A DNA stretch of 64,000 bases. Source: Ruminococcus sp. CAG:488 (GTDB lineage: Bacteria; Bacillota; Clostridia; Oscillospirales; Acutalibacteraceae). The DNA lies in the NCBI GenBank assembly GCA_000434055.1, contig HF999647.1, positions 48,251 to 112,250 of the forward strand. Direction: 5' to 3'. The notes under the pieces were generated by a model. That model searched no databases. It was not told the origin of the DNA and saw only the letters and a program-made list of their open reading frames with translations. How positions within the stretch are numbered: the first letter of the stretch is position 1; each line of letters begins with the position of its first letter. A program made the position numbers and the translations under genes. Shown here piece after piece: positions 40,817-50,045 of this stretch.

Positions 40817-42691
40817 GTGAAAAAGGTTGATTTCAAAAGCGCAGGAATCAAAAGTGCTTTGATGATGCTGTACGATGTTTTTGCGGTAAATTTCGCTTAC
40901 ATATTTGTTATGTTTATCGGCAGCGGTCAGCATAATATGGACGCGATATGGCAGAGAGCACTGCCGGTTACGGCAATTTTTATTGTGTTGTATTATGCCT
41001 TTAAGATTTACTCAAGCATGTGGGAATATGCCGGAATCAGGGAAGTCTGGAATGTTGCCTTGGCGACTATAATCGGTGGAATTTCCGGAATTGCGGTCGA
41101 TTTGATACTTTCAAGCATCGGCGGAGCGGCATCAAAGCTTAACAACGGCTGTTTTGATGCATATTTCTATGTTTTCGGAACGCTTGTAGCAATAATTCTT
41201 GTTGCCGGAATGAGAATCCTTTACCGTCTTGTCAGAAGGTACTACCGAGAGAAGAGCCTTGAAAAGGACGAAAAGCTTGATCGCGTTATGATAGTCGGCG
41301 CAGGTGACATGGGCATGATCATTATCAATGAACTTGAAGTCAACAACTATTCAAGAGGAAAGCCGATTATTGCCGTTGATGACAATCCTCTCAAGGTCGG
41401 CAAAAGAATCAGGGGAATTCCCGTTAAGGGAACATGCGACCAAATACCCGAGCTGGCAAAAAAATATGATATAAATACGATTATAATGTGTCTCCCGTCT
41501 GTCGGTAGCGAAAGACAAACGGAAATTTTGCGTATTGCGGTCAAAACCGGCTGTAAGCTGAAGACCTCACCCAGCCTTTTAGAAATGACGGACACCTCTC
41601 ATGGAGGCAGAATACGCGATGTTAACATAACCGACCTCCTTTCCCGTCCCGAAGTTGAGCTGAACCGTGACGTTTGCGGATATCTTAAGGATCAGATCGT
41701 TCTTGTAACGGGCGGCGGCGGCTCCATAGGCAGTGAGCTTTGCCGTCAGGTTTCAAAGTACCACCCGAAAAAAATTGTTGTATTTGATATATATGAAAAC
41801 AACGCTTACTTGCTTAAACAGCAGCTTGATGCTTACCACAAGGGCAATCCCGAAATCGACATAAGAATCGGTTCCGTCAGAGACCCTAAGAGACTCAGAG
41901 AGGTTTTTGACGAATTCCACCCGTCGATAGTTTTTCATGCGGCGGCTCATAAGCATGTTCCTCTTATGGAGGACAGCCCGAAGGAAGCGGTAAAAAACAA
42001 TGTTTTCGGCACATTCAATGTTGCAAGCATTGCTGTCGAATATAACGTTAAACGTTTTGTAAATATTTCTTCGGACAAGGCTGTAAATCCGGCAAACGTT
42101 ATGGGCGCAACAAAAAGAATCACGGAAATGATAGTGCAGTATTTTGAGCGCAAATGCAAAAACAGCACCATCTTTGCGGCTGTTCGTTTCGGCAATGTTC
42201 TCGGCTCAAGCGGAAGTGTAATTCCCATTTTCACCGAACAGATTAAAAACGGCGGTCCGGTCATGGTAACGCATCCGGATATAACAAGATATTTCATGAC
42301 CATTCCGGAGGCGGCTCAGCTCGTTGTTCAGGCGGGCGGCTTGGCAAAGGGAGGAGAGATATTCGTCCTTGATATGGGTGAGCCCGTCAAGATCGTAACT
42401 CTTGCCGAGAACCTTATTATGCTTTCGGGTTATAAACCCTATACGGAAATTGAAATAAAATTCTCGGGTCTTCGTCCGGGCGAAAAGCTTTATGAGGAGC
42501 TTGTTCTTGACGAAGAAAGCGATGAGAGAAAGATGACCGCAAACAATAAAATATTTGTCACCAAGCCCGTTAATATGGATGACGAACTCTTTGAAAAAGA
42601 GCTTGAAAAGCTTAAAGATGCAGATGCAAATGAAGTAAGGGGATTTATTAAGGAAATTGTTCCCAACTACCATGAAGCAAAGAACAACTGA
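40817..42691 (+). CDS. Membrane-anchored UDP-sugar 4,6-dehydratase (CapD/PglF/EpsC-like polysaccharide biosynthesis protein)
   Basis: GTG start with an RBS GGGAGG. Four N-terminal transmembrane segments, then Rossmann motifs (GAGDMG and TGGGGSIGSEL). Length 624 aa. Confidence 0.85.
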   Translation: MKKVDFKSAGIKSALMMLYDVFAVNFAYIFVMFIGSGQHNMDAIWQRALPVTAIFIVLYYAFKIYSSMWEYAGIREVWNVALATIIGGISGIAVDLILSSIGGAASKLNNGCFDAYFYVFGTLVAIILVAGMRILYRLVRRYYREKSLEKDEKLDRVMIVGAGDMGMIIINELEVNNYSRGKPIIAVDDNPLKVGKRIRGIPVKGTCDQIPELAKKYDINTIIMCLPSVGSERQTEILRIAVKTGCKLKTSPSLLEMTDTSHGGRIRDVNITDLLSRPEVELNRDVCGYLKDQIVLVTGGGGSIGSELCRQVSKYHPKKIVVFDIYENNAYLLKQQLDAYHKGNPEIDIRIGSVRDPKRLREVFDEFHPSIVFHAAAHKHVPLMEDSPKEAVKNNVFGTFNVASIAVEYNVKRFVNISSDKAVNPANVMGATKRITEMIVQYFERKCKNSTIFAAVRFGNVLGSSGSVIPIFTEQIKNGGPVMVTHPDITRYFMTIPEAAQLVVQAGGLAKGGEIFVLDMGEPVKIVTLAENLIMLSGYKPYTEIEIKFSGLRPGEKLYEELVLDEESDERKMTANNKIFVTKPVNMDDELFEKELEKLKDADANEVRGFIKEIVPNYHEAKNN

Positions 42692-42711
42692 CAAATAATT
42701 TTTGCGAGAGA

Positions 42712-43341
42712 GTGAATCCGGTGTATAAATATATAAAAAGAGCAATGGATTTTGTTGTAGCTTTTTTGCTGCTTATCATCCTCTCGCCGTTAATGCTTGC
42801 CGCTGCGGTTTGCATTGCGGCTAACCGTGACGGACCGGTGCTTTTCAGACAGGAGAGACCCGGAAAAAACGGTAAAATATTTATGCTTTATAAGTTCAGA
42901 ACCATGTCTACAAGGCTGTATGACAAAAACGGACGTGAGCTGAGTGACTTTGAGAGAATGACGAAAATCGGCAGATTTCTCAGAAAAACAAGCGTGGATG
43001 AGCTTCCGCAGCTTTTCAATATTCTGAAAGGCGACATGAGCTTTATCGGCCCCAGACCGCTGCTTACGGAATATCTTAACCTTTATTCTCCCGAGCAGAT
43101 GCGCCGCCATGAGGTCCTGCCCGGAATTTCGGGATGGGCTCAGGTCAACGGGCGCAATACGCTCACATGGAACGAAAAATTCAGTTACGACGTCTATTAT
43201 GTTGACCATTACGGCTTTGGCATGGATATGAAAATTTTCTTTAAAACGATTGAAAATGTTATCCGCCAGGACGGAATCAACAGCGGAAAAGAAAATACTA
43301 TGGAAAAATTCAAAGGGAATAAAGAGTCCGAAAAAGTTTGA
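42712..43341 (+). CDS. Small monotopic phosphoglycosyl transferase (PglC/WbaP C-terminal-domain-like sugar transferase)
   Basis: Re-entrant membrane helix, then PVLFRQERPGKNGKIFMLYKFRTM. Length 209 aa. Confidence 0.85.
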   Translation: MNPVYKYIKRAMDFVVAFLLLIILSPLMLAAAVCIAANRDGPVLFRQERPGKNGKIFMLYKFRTMSTRLYDKNGRELSDFERMTKIGRFLRKTSVDELPQLFNILKGDMSFIGPRPLLTEYLNLYSPEQMRRHEVLPGISGWAQVNGRNTLTWNEKFSYDVYYVDHYGFGMDMKIFFKTIENVIRQDGINSGKENTMEKFKGNKESEKV

Positions 43342-43406
43342 TTTGGATGCACATAAACTTTTTGGAAGGGCTTTAGTAAGTTTACCGAGTGAGAGGATGT
43401 TTCGCA

Positions 43407-44519
43407 ATGAAAAAAATTCTTTTTGTCGCAACCGTTGCGGAGCATTTTTTTTATTTCCATCTGCCTTGCTTCAAAATGTTCAAGGACAAAGGATGGCAGG
43501 TTGACGTTGCCTGCCACGGTGACAGAGAACTTCCGTACTGCGACAATAAATTTGAAATTCCCATAAAGAGATCCCCCGTCGATAAGGAAAATATCAAAGC
43601 ATATAAAGAGTTGAAGAGAATAATTAAAACGGGCGGATATGATATTATTCATTGCCACACTCCGATGGGAGGAATCCTTGCAAGACTTGCGGCAAAAGGG
43701 GAGCGAAAAAAAGGGACAAAGGTAATTTACACTGCCCACGGGTTTCATTTTTACAAGGGTGCGCCCTTGCTCAACTGGTTGATTTATTATCCCATCGAGC
43801 TTGTGATGTCGGGAATTACAGATTGCCTTATTACAATAAACAACGAAGATTATTTTTTTGCAAGAAAACACCTGAAAGCGAAGAAAACCGTTAAAATTAA
43901 CGGGGTCGGCTATAACAGCGACCTTTTCTATAAAATTTCCGATGACGAAAAACTTCGGCTTCGCAAGGAAAAAGGAGTTGCCGAGGACGAAACGGTTTTG
44001 ATTTATGTTGCCGAAATGAATGCCAACAAAAATCAGGGAATGCTGATTCACACGGTACAAAGGCTGAAACGGCGCGGAGAAAAAATCAGACTGCTCATCG
44101 TCGGTGAGGATAATTATAACGGGAAGTACATTAAGCTTGCCGAGGAACTCGGCGTGTCTGACAGAATATCTTTTCTCGGACACAGGAACGACGCGTGCGA
44201 CCTTGTTCATCTGAGTGACATTGCCGTTGCGTCAAGTCTCCGCGAGGGCTTGCCTGTCAATGTGATGGAGGCGATGGCTTGCGGTTTGCCCGTTGTGCTG
44301 GCAGATAACAGAGGTCACCGCGAGCTTTGCCGTGATGGATATAACGGATTTATTGTTGCACCGAATGACGATGAAGCGATGGCAGATAAAATTGCTTTGA
44401 TTATAAACGACAAAAATCTTTATAACCGGCTTTCGGACAATGGGATCGAGGCTGTTCGGCCTTTTTCAAAAGAAAAGGTAACGGAAGAGGCCGAAGTGGT
44501 TTATAATGAATTTTTTTGA
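43407..44519 (+). CDS. Family 4 glycosyltransferase (GT4)
   Basis: EX7E-type C-terminal motif (EGLPVNVMEAMACGLPVV). The start at MKKILF follows a GAGAGGA RBS. Confidence 0.8.
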   Translation: MKKILFVATVAEHFFYFHLPCFKMFKDKGWQVDVACHGDRELPYCDNKFEIPIKRSPVDKENIKAYKELKRIIKTGGYDIIHCHTPMGGILARLAAKGERKKGTKVIYTAHGFHFYKGAPLLNWLIYYPIELVMSGITDCLITINNEDYFFARKHLKAKKTVKINGVGYNSDLFYKISDDEKLRLRKEKGVAEDETVLIYVAEMNANKNQGMLIHTVQRLKRRGEKIRLLIVGEDNYNGKYIKLAEELGVSDRISFLGHRNDACDLVHLSDIAVASSLREGLPVNVMEAMACGLPVVLADNRGHRELCRDGYNGFIVAPNDDEAMADKIALIINDKNLYNRLSDNGIEAVRPFSKEKVTEEAEVVYNEFF

Positions 44520-44544
44520 GTCTTTTTTACAGGAAAGGAACGGA

Positions 44545-45687
44545 ATGATAAACTTTAATTTCGATTTCTATGAAATAGTTGTCTGGGTTGCCACAATTGT
44601 TATGTGCTTGATAGCGGTGGCGGCTCGTTCTCTTCCGCTCAAAGCAAGGGGAGGTCTCGGACAGCCGTTGCCGAATCCCATTGCGGTCCTTCTTCCGATA
44701 GCTTTTTTTGTATCATTTGCAGGCTTGAGAAAAACTATCGGAGACACATTTTTTTATATGTATTCTTTCGAGAATTTGCCTGATAAAAATACAGTTAACA
44801 TTCAGATGATTCTCGACGGTCAAATGTATTCTTTTATTCAAAACCTGATAAGAAATTTTACCGATGATCCGCAGGTATTGATCCTTGTATGCGCTGTAAT
44901 TGCTTTGGTTCCTCCGCTGATAATATTGTATATATATTCTGCCCCGTTTGAACTTTCGATATTTCTGTTTTTTGCTTACGGATATCTCGGAGGAATGATG
45001 GACGGCATGAGACAGTATATGGCAGCAGCGATACTGTTGTTCGGAACAAGATTTTTGTTCTCGTTAAAACGAGGCTCGTTTTTTAAATATGCAATCTTCG
45101 TCCTGTTGGCGGCATGTATGCACAACAGTGCCTTAATAATGCTGGTAGTATTCTTTGTCGTTCGACGAAAGGCATGGAAAATGAGTTCATATATTATTGT
45201 GCTCGGAAGCATTGTTGTTACTGTTGCTTTTGACGCAATTCTTCCTTCTTTCCTGAACGCGCTTAAAGAAACGTCCTATGAGGGATATGCGAATAACGGA
45301 TGGTTTACAGACGGAAAAGAAGGCGGCAGCAGTCTGTTCAGGGCAATTGTTGCAGCCGCGCCGATTGTTGTTGCCTACCTGAACAGAGGCCGTATGAACA
45401 GGCTCGGCCATATCGGGGACATTTTAATAAATATGGCTTTCCTGAACGCTGCAATATATATTGTCGCAAGCTACAACTGGATTTTTGCAAGACTGGCAAT
45501 TTATTTGAGTGTATATTATATTATACTCACCGGTTGGGTAGTAACCTACGCCGTTAAACCGCAAGACAGGGCAATTTACACAACCGGAACGGTTATTCTG
45601 TTCTTCCTGTTTTCACGATTTATGGCATATCAGATAAATATGTATCAGTCGGATTATTTCTTACCGGGAAGAAAACTTTTCAGATGA
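44545..45687 (+). CDS. EpsG/Wzy-like polysaccharide polymerase (polytopic membrane protein)
   Basis: About 10 transmembrane segments; EpsG-family-like. The alternative upstream start at 44506 overlaps the GT4 gene. Confidence 0.6.
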   Translation: MINFNFDFYEIVVWVATIVMCLIAVAARSLPLKARGGLGQPLPNPIAVLLPIAFFVSFAGLRKTIGDTFFYMYSFENLPDKNTVNIQMILDGQMYSFIQNLIRNFTDDPQVLILVCAVIALVPPLIILYIYSAPFELSIFLFFAYGYLGGMMDGMRQYMAAAILLFGTRFLFSLKRGSFFKYAIFVLLAACMHNSALIMLVVFFVVRRKAWKMSSYIIVLGSIVVTVAFDAILPSFLNALKETSYEGYANNGWFTDGKEGGSSLFRAIVAAAPIVVAYLNRGRMNRLGHIGDILINMAFLNAAIYIVASYNWIFARLAIYLSVYYIILTGWVVTYAVKPQDRAIYTTGTVILFFLFSRFMAYQINMYQSDYFLPGRKLFR

Positions 45688-45688
45688 G

Positions 45689-46846
45689 GTGTTTGCAATG
45701 AAATATTTCCTGTTTAATCATGCAGGCAGCAAAAATCACGGCTGCGAAGCACTTGTCAGGGGAACAGTGAATATAATTGAAAACAGTGATAAAAATGCAG
45801 AATTTATTCTATCCTCTAATGATTCTCAAGCTGATGAAGTGATTGATGATATTGAAATAAAACCGGCAAAAAGAAGAGAGTTGTCATTGCCCGAAAGGAT
45901 AATTGCCGCACTTGATTTGAAAATCAACAAGTCGGAAATATATGCACTCGAAAAAATGTATTCGCCGATAGTTTCAGATGCTGCCGATTGCGACATCTGT
46001 TTGTCCATAGGCGGCGACACATACTGTTATGGCGATAATCACGAGATCCAGGTTCTTACAAGAGAGCTGAAAAAAACAGGCAAAAAGACCGTTCTCTGGG
46101 GAGCGTCAATCGGCGAGACCGATCTTACCGACAAAAAGCTGGAGAGCCTCGGTGATTTTGATGCGATATTTGCAAGAGAACCGATAACCTATGAACTGCT
46201 GAAAGAAAAAAATGCAAACGAAAATATTTATTTGTTTTCCGATCCTGCCTTTTGCATGGAGCGAGAAAATGTCGAACCGATCGAAGGCTTCACAAGAGAG
46301 AACACGCTCGGCTTCAATATAAGTCCCCTTGTTGCAAAGGGTGATCCGAAAAAAAGAGAAATTGCAGAGGATTTTATTTCTTTTGTTTTGGAAAACACAA
46401 CGCTGAAAATTTTGCTTGTCCCTCATGTGGTTGAGGAGAATAACAATGATTATGATTTTATGAAACCCATTTATGAAAAGTTTGCGGAAACGGAAAGAAT
46501 TGCGATTCTTCCGCCGACGCTCAACGCGACGCAATATAAGGGCTATATAGCCAACACAAGGTTTTTTGTCGGAGCGAGGACGCATGCGACAATCGCCGCA
46601 TATTCGAGCGGTGTTCCGACAATTGTCTTGGGGTACAGTGTTAAAGCGAGAGGCATTGCAAAGGATGTTTTCGGCGAAGAAAAATTTGTTTTGAACTTTA
46701 ATTCGCTTACGGACTCAAAGGTTTTGGAAAAGGAATTTTTGAAGTTGGTTGTCAACGAAAAGGAAATCAGGAAAGAACTGATGGGAAGTATTCCGCTTAG
46801 AATGAGAAGCGCAATGGAAGCGGGAGAAATGCTTTTGAAAATCTGA
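45689..46846 (+). CDS. Polysaccharide pyruvyl transferase (CsaB/WcaK family)
   Basis: N-terminal HAGSKNHGCEAL motif typical of PS_pyruv_trans. Length 385 aa. Confidence 0.75.
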   Translation: MFAMKYFLFNHAGSKNHGCEALVRGTVNIIENSDKNAEFILSSNDSQADEVIDDIEIKPAKRRELSLPERIIAALDLKINKSEIYALEKMYSPIVSDAADCDICLSIGGDTYCYGDNHEIQVLTRELKKTGKKTVLWGASIGETDLTDKKLESLGDFDAIFAREPITYELLKEKNANENIYLFSDPAFCMERENVEPIEGFTRENTLGFNISPLVAKGDPKKREIAEDFISFVLENTTLKILLVPHVVEENNNDYDFMKPIYEKFAETERIAILPPTLNATQYKGYIANTRFFVGARTHATIAAYSSGVPTIVLGYSVKARGIAKDVFGEEKFVLNFNSLTDSKVLEKEFLKLVVNEKEIRKELMGSIPLRMRSAMEAGEMLLKI

Positions 46847-46860
46847 CAGGAGCTGGTATT

Positions 46861-48045
46861 TTGAAAAAGAAAATACTTTTTGTCATTCCTTCTATGCGAA
46901 GCGGCGGTGCAGAAAAAAGCCTTTTGACCGTATTAACGCTGTTTGATTATGAAAAATACGAGGTTGACCTTTTGTGCTTTCGACATGACGGACTTTTCTT
47001 TGAGAAAATCCCGAAAGAGGTCAACATTATCGGCGGAAGCAAGAACTATGAAATATTTGACGGCGATGCCGTCCGGGCAGTTAAGTTTTTTCTGAAAAAA
47101 GGGAAAATTCTTTCTGCTGTTGACAGGTGGAAATATTCAAGGATTTATTCTGCTGCCGACACTCACGAGGTCGAAGAAATTCAGTGGAAATATCTAAAAA
47201 AACAGCTTCCGAAAATAAAAAAAGAATATGATTGTGCGATAGGATATCTTGAAGGAAACGCAAATCGATTTGTTTGCGAAAATGTGAGAGCCGCGCACAA
47301 GATTTGTTATATACATAATGATATCGAAAAGCTTGGCTTTGACAGAGAAGTTTGCGAAAAAACTTTTTCCGCGGCAGATAAAATTGTAACTGTCTCGGCG
47401 GAGTGCGAAAAAAGCCTGTTTAAAAATTTTGAGAAATTCTCAAAAAAAATCTGCGTGATCGAAAATATCACAAGCAGAAAAATTGTTTTTGAAGAAAGCA
47501 AGAAATTTGATGCATATCCGGAAAGAAAAGAAACCGTTCTTTGCACGGTAGGAAGATTTTTTGAACAAAAAAACATTTCCCTTGCCGTCGATGCTTGCGG
47601 CGAGCTGATAAAAAGAGGAAAAAACATTAAATGGTATCACATCGGTGACGGCCCGCTGAAGGGAGAAACGGAAAAACAAATTTCTGAAAATAATTTGCAA
47701 AATATATTTATTTTGCTCGGTGAAAAATCGGAACCGTATCCTTATATGGGACAGTGTGATATTTATGTCCAGCCGTCGTTGTACGAGGGTAAGTCAATAG
47801 CAATCGACGAAGCAAAATGTCTTTGCAGACCGATAATTGTTACGAATTTTTCAACCGTGCATGATCAGATAACCGACGGATTAAACGGATTGATCTGCCG
47901 AATGGATAAAAAGGATATGGCAGATAAAATCGAGCTGCTTATTGACAGCAAAGAGGAAAGAAAAAAGCTCATCGAAAACTTAAAAAGAGAAAAAATAGGA
48001 AATGAGAACGAGATTAAGAAGCTTTATGCAATAATTGACGGGTGA
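46861..48045 (+). CDS. Glycosyltransferase (GT4-like), TTG start
   Basis: IPSMRSGGAEKSLLTVL and a C-terminal E-x7-E-like region (YEGKSIAIDEAKCLCRPII). Confidence 0.7.
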   Translation: MKKKILFVIPSMRSGGAEKSLLTVLTLFDYEKYEVDLLCFRHDGLFFEKIPKEVNIIGGSKNYEIFDGDAVRAVKFFLKKGKILSAVDRWKYSRIYSAADTHEVEEIQWKYLKKQLPKIKKEYDCAIGYLEGNANRFVCENVRAAHKICYIHNDIEKLGFDREVCEKTFSAADKIVTVSAECEKSLFKNFEKFSKKICVIENITSRKIVFEESKKFDAYPERKETVLCTVGRFFEQKNISLAVDACGELIKRGKNIKWYHIGDGPLKGETEKQISENNLQNIFILLGEKSEPYPYMGQCDIYVQPSLYEGKSIAIDEAKCLCRPIIVTNFSTVHDQITDGLNGLICRMDKKDMADKIELLIDSKEERKKLIENLKREKIGNENEIKKLYAIIDG

Positions 48046-48055
48046 GGAAACGCAA

Positions 48056-49219
48056 ATGACAGTAATCGTGATTCTTCTTTTAATAATAATTGCAATACTC
48101 GGCTACGATACGTGGGAGGATTTATTTACATGGCTCAGCCGTATAAAAATCGGACAGCTCCCCGAGAATGAGTGGCGAGAAAAAACACAGAAAATTTTAC
48201 TTAAATGGATTGTGAAGGGCGCTCCGGAGGTTCGCATAAACGATAACAGAAAAGTTAATTTTATAAAAAAAATAAACGAGTACGGTAAAATTACCTCCGT
48301 AACATATTGGCAGGATGCCGCCCTTTTGAAAGCAGCCGACGGAATAAAAAAAGACGTCGGAACAGAGGTAAAAGGCCTTGCGTCGAGATATATTTCTCAA
48401 GATGACGGCGAGTGGAAAACTCTTCCGAAAAGAATGGACAGCGCAATGTTTTGCTATGAGCTTCTTTCAAGCAAGTACATTGACAGCGAAGCAATCAAGC
48501 CTGCAATGGAAAACACGGCATATATGCTCAAGCTTTCCGCAGAGAAATACGGTTCAATACCGTATAATGAAGATTTCCCGAAATACAGACTTGTTGACAC
48601 AATAGGAATGGCGTGCCCGTTTTTGATTAAATATGCCGTTACTTACGGCGAGGACGAATATATTTCCCTCGCAATGGATCAGATAAGAGAATACAGAAAA
48701 AACGGCATTGAAGAAAAAACGAAATTACCCTTCCACGGCTTTGGTGAAGACTCACTTGAACCGCTCGGCATATGCGGCTGGGGCAGAGGCTGTGCATGGT
48801 GGGCAATAGGACTGACTGACAGCCTCAGGGCAATGCTTGAATCGGACGGTCACAACCGTGAAAAGGCCGAGCTTTTGAAGCTTTCTGTGGAATTCTTTGA
48901 TGCAATGAAAAAATACATTCACGAGGACGGAACCGTTGATCGAATTGTTTTAAGCTTTTCGATACAGGACAGCTCGGCGTGTGCGATGCTTTCTTATTGC
49001 TATGCATATATGGCGAAGCTTCTTAAAAACGAGGAATATAAGGCTATTTCCGAGAAGATGAGAGAAAAGCTGAAATCGGTAACAAGACGAAACGGCACAG
49101 TTGATTTTTCTCAGGGAGATACCCACGGAATAGGGTTTTATTCGGAAAAGCTTTGCATAGTACCCGCCGCGCAGGGATTTACAATCGCTGCCGACAATCT
49201 TTTAAATGAATTGAACTAA
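48056..49219 (+). CDS. Membrane-anchored six-hairpin glycosidase-like protein (GH88/GH105-like, tentative)
   Basis: N-terminal transmembrane segment followed by an alpha-helical repeat domain containing GWGRGCAWWAIGL. Start chosen after a GAGGAA RBS. Confidence 0.35.
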   Translation: MTVIVILLLIIIAILGYDTWEDLFTWLSRIKIGQLPENEWREKTQKILLKWIVKGAPEVRINDNRKVNFIKKINEYGKITSVTYWQDAALLKAADGIKKDVGTEVKGLASRYISQDDGEWKTLPKRMDSAMFCYELLSSKYIDSEAIKPAMENTAYMLKLSAEKYGSIPYNEDFPKYRLVDTIGMACPFLIKYAVTYGEDEYISLAMDQIREYRKNGIEEKTKLPFHGFGEDSLEPLGICGWGRGCAWWAIGLTDSLRAMLESDGHNREKAELLKLSVEFFDAMKKYIHEDGTVDRIVLSFSIQDSSACAMLSYCYAYMAKLLKNEEYKAISEKMREKLKSVTRRNGTVDFSQGDTHGIGFYSEKLCIVPAAQGFTIAADNLLNELN

Positions 49220-49239
49220 AACAAAAAGGAGGAGCAGGT

Positions 49240-49998
49240 ATGATTGATCTTCACTGTCACATTCTTCCCGGAATGGATGACGGATCGAAAAATATGGATG
49301 TGTCTGTGCAGATGTGCCGTATTGCCAGACAGAACGGAATTAAACATATCGTTTGCACTCCGCATATAACAACAGTGGGGGATATAGACAGTTTTGTAAA
49401 GATAAGGAACGAAAAGCTCCGCGATCTGCAGGGAATAATAAACAATCTCGGTCTCGGAATAACACTCTATCCCGGGGCAGAGGTCTATGTCGATGACGAT
49501 ATTTTCTTCTCGACCGATCTCAGACGCCTTGCGATAAACGGCAGCAGATATATTCTTGTGGAATTTGCATTCAGAGATGTATCAATGAAAAGAATTGTCA
49601 ACTATCTTAATGCGCTGATTGATATGGGACTTATTCCCATTGTTGCGCACCCGGAAAGATATGAGTATTTCCAGTTTGACTATGACGAGGTCAACACGCT
49701 GATAAGAAACGGCGTGCTGTTTCAGATAAATGCCTCAAGTCTTGCGAGTCTTGACGGCCCGCAGGAGTTTGAGCTTGCCTACGCAATGGCATATACGGGA
49801 GCGGCGTCATTCATTGCGACCGACGCACATTCATCCCATTACAGAATGAATGATCTGATGAATATGATAAATTTCTTCCCGCCCGATATTTCTCAGTTTA
49901 ATATGCAGATGATGGTTCACGATGCGGCAAAATGTGTGCTCACGGACAAGGAAGTGCCGCTTATTAACAGAGGAGAAATATATAAAAGAGGTTTTTGA
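49240..49998 (+). CDS. PHP-family protein-tyrosine phosphatase CpsB/YwqE (capsule regulation)
   Basis: MIDLHCHILPGMDDGS and CTPH motifs; 252 aa. Confidence 0.88.
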   Translation: MIDLHCHILPGMDDGSKNMDVSVQMCRIARQNGIKHIVCTPHITTVGDIDSFVKIRNEKLRDLQGIINNLGLGITLYPGAEVYVDDDIFFSTDLRRLAINGSRYILVEFAFRDVSMKRIVNYLNALIDMGLIPIVAHPERYEYFQFDYDEVNTLIRNGVLFQINASSLASLDGPQEFELAYAMAYTGAASFIATDAHSSHYRMNDLMNMINFFPPDISQFNMQMMVHDAAKCVLTDKEVPLINRGEIYKRGF

Positions 49999-50045
49999 GG
50001 TTGACTATTAACTAAATATAAACTATAATAAAAAATGGAGATGAT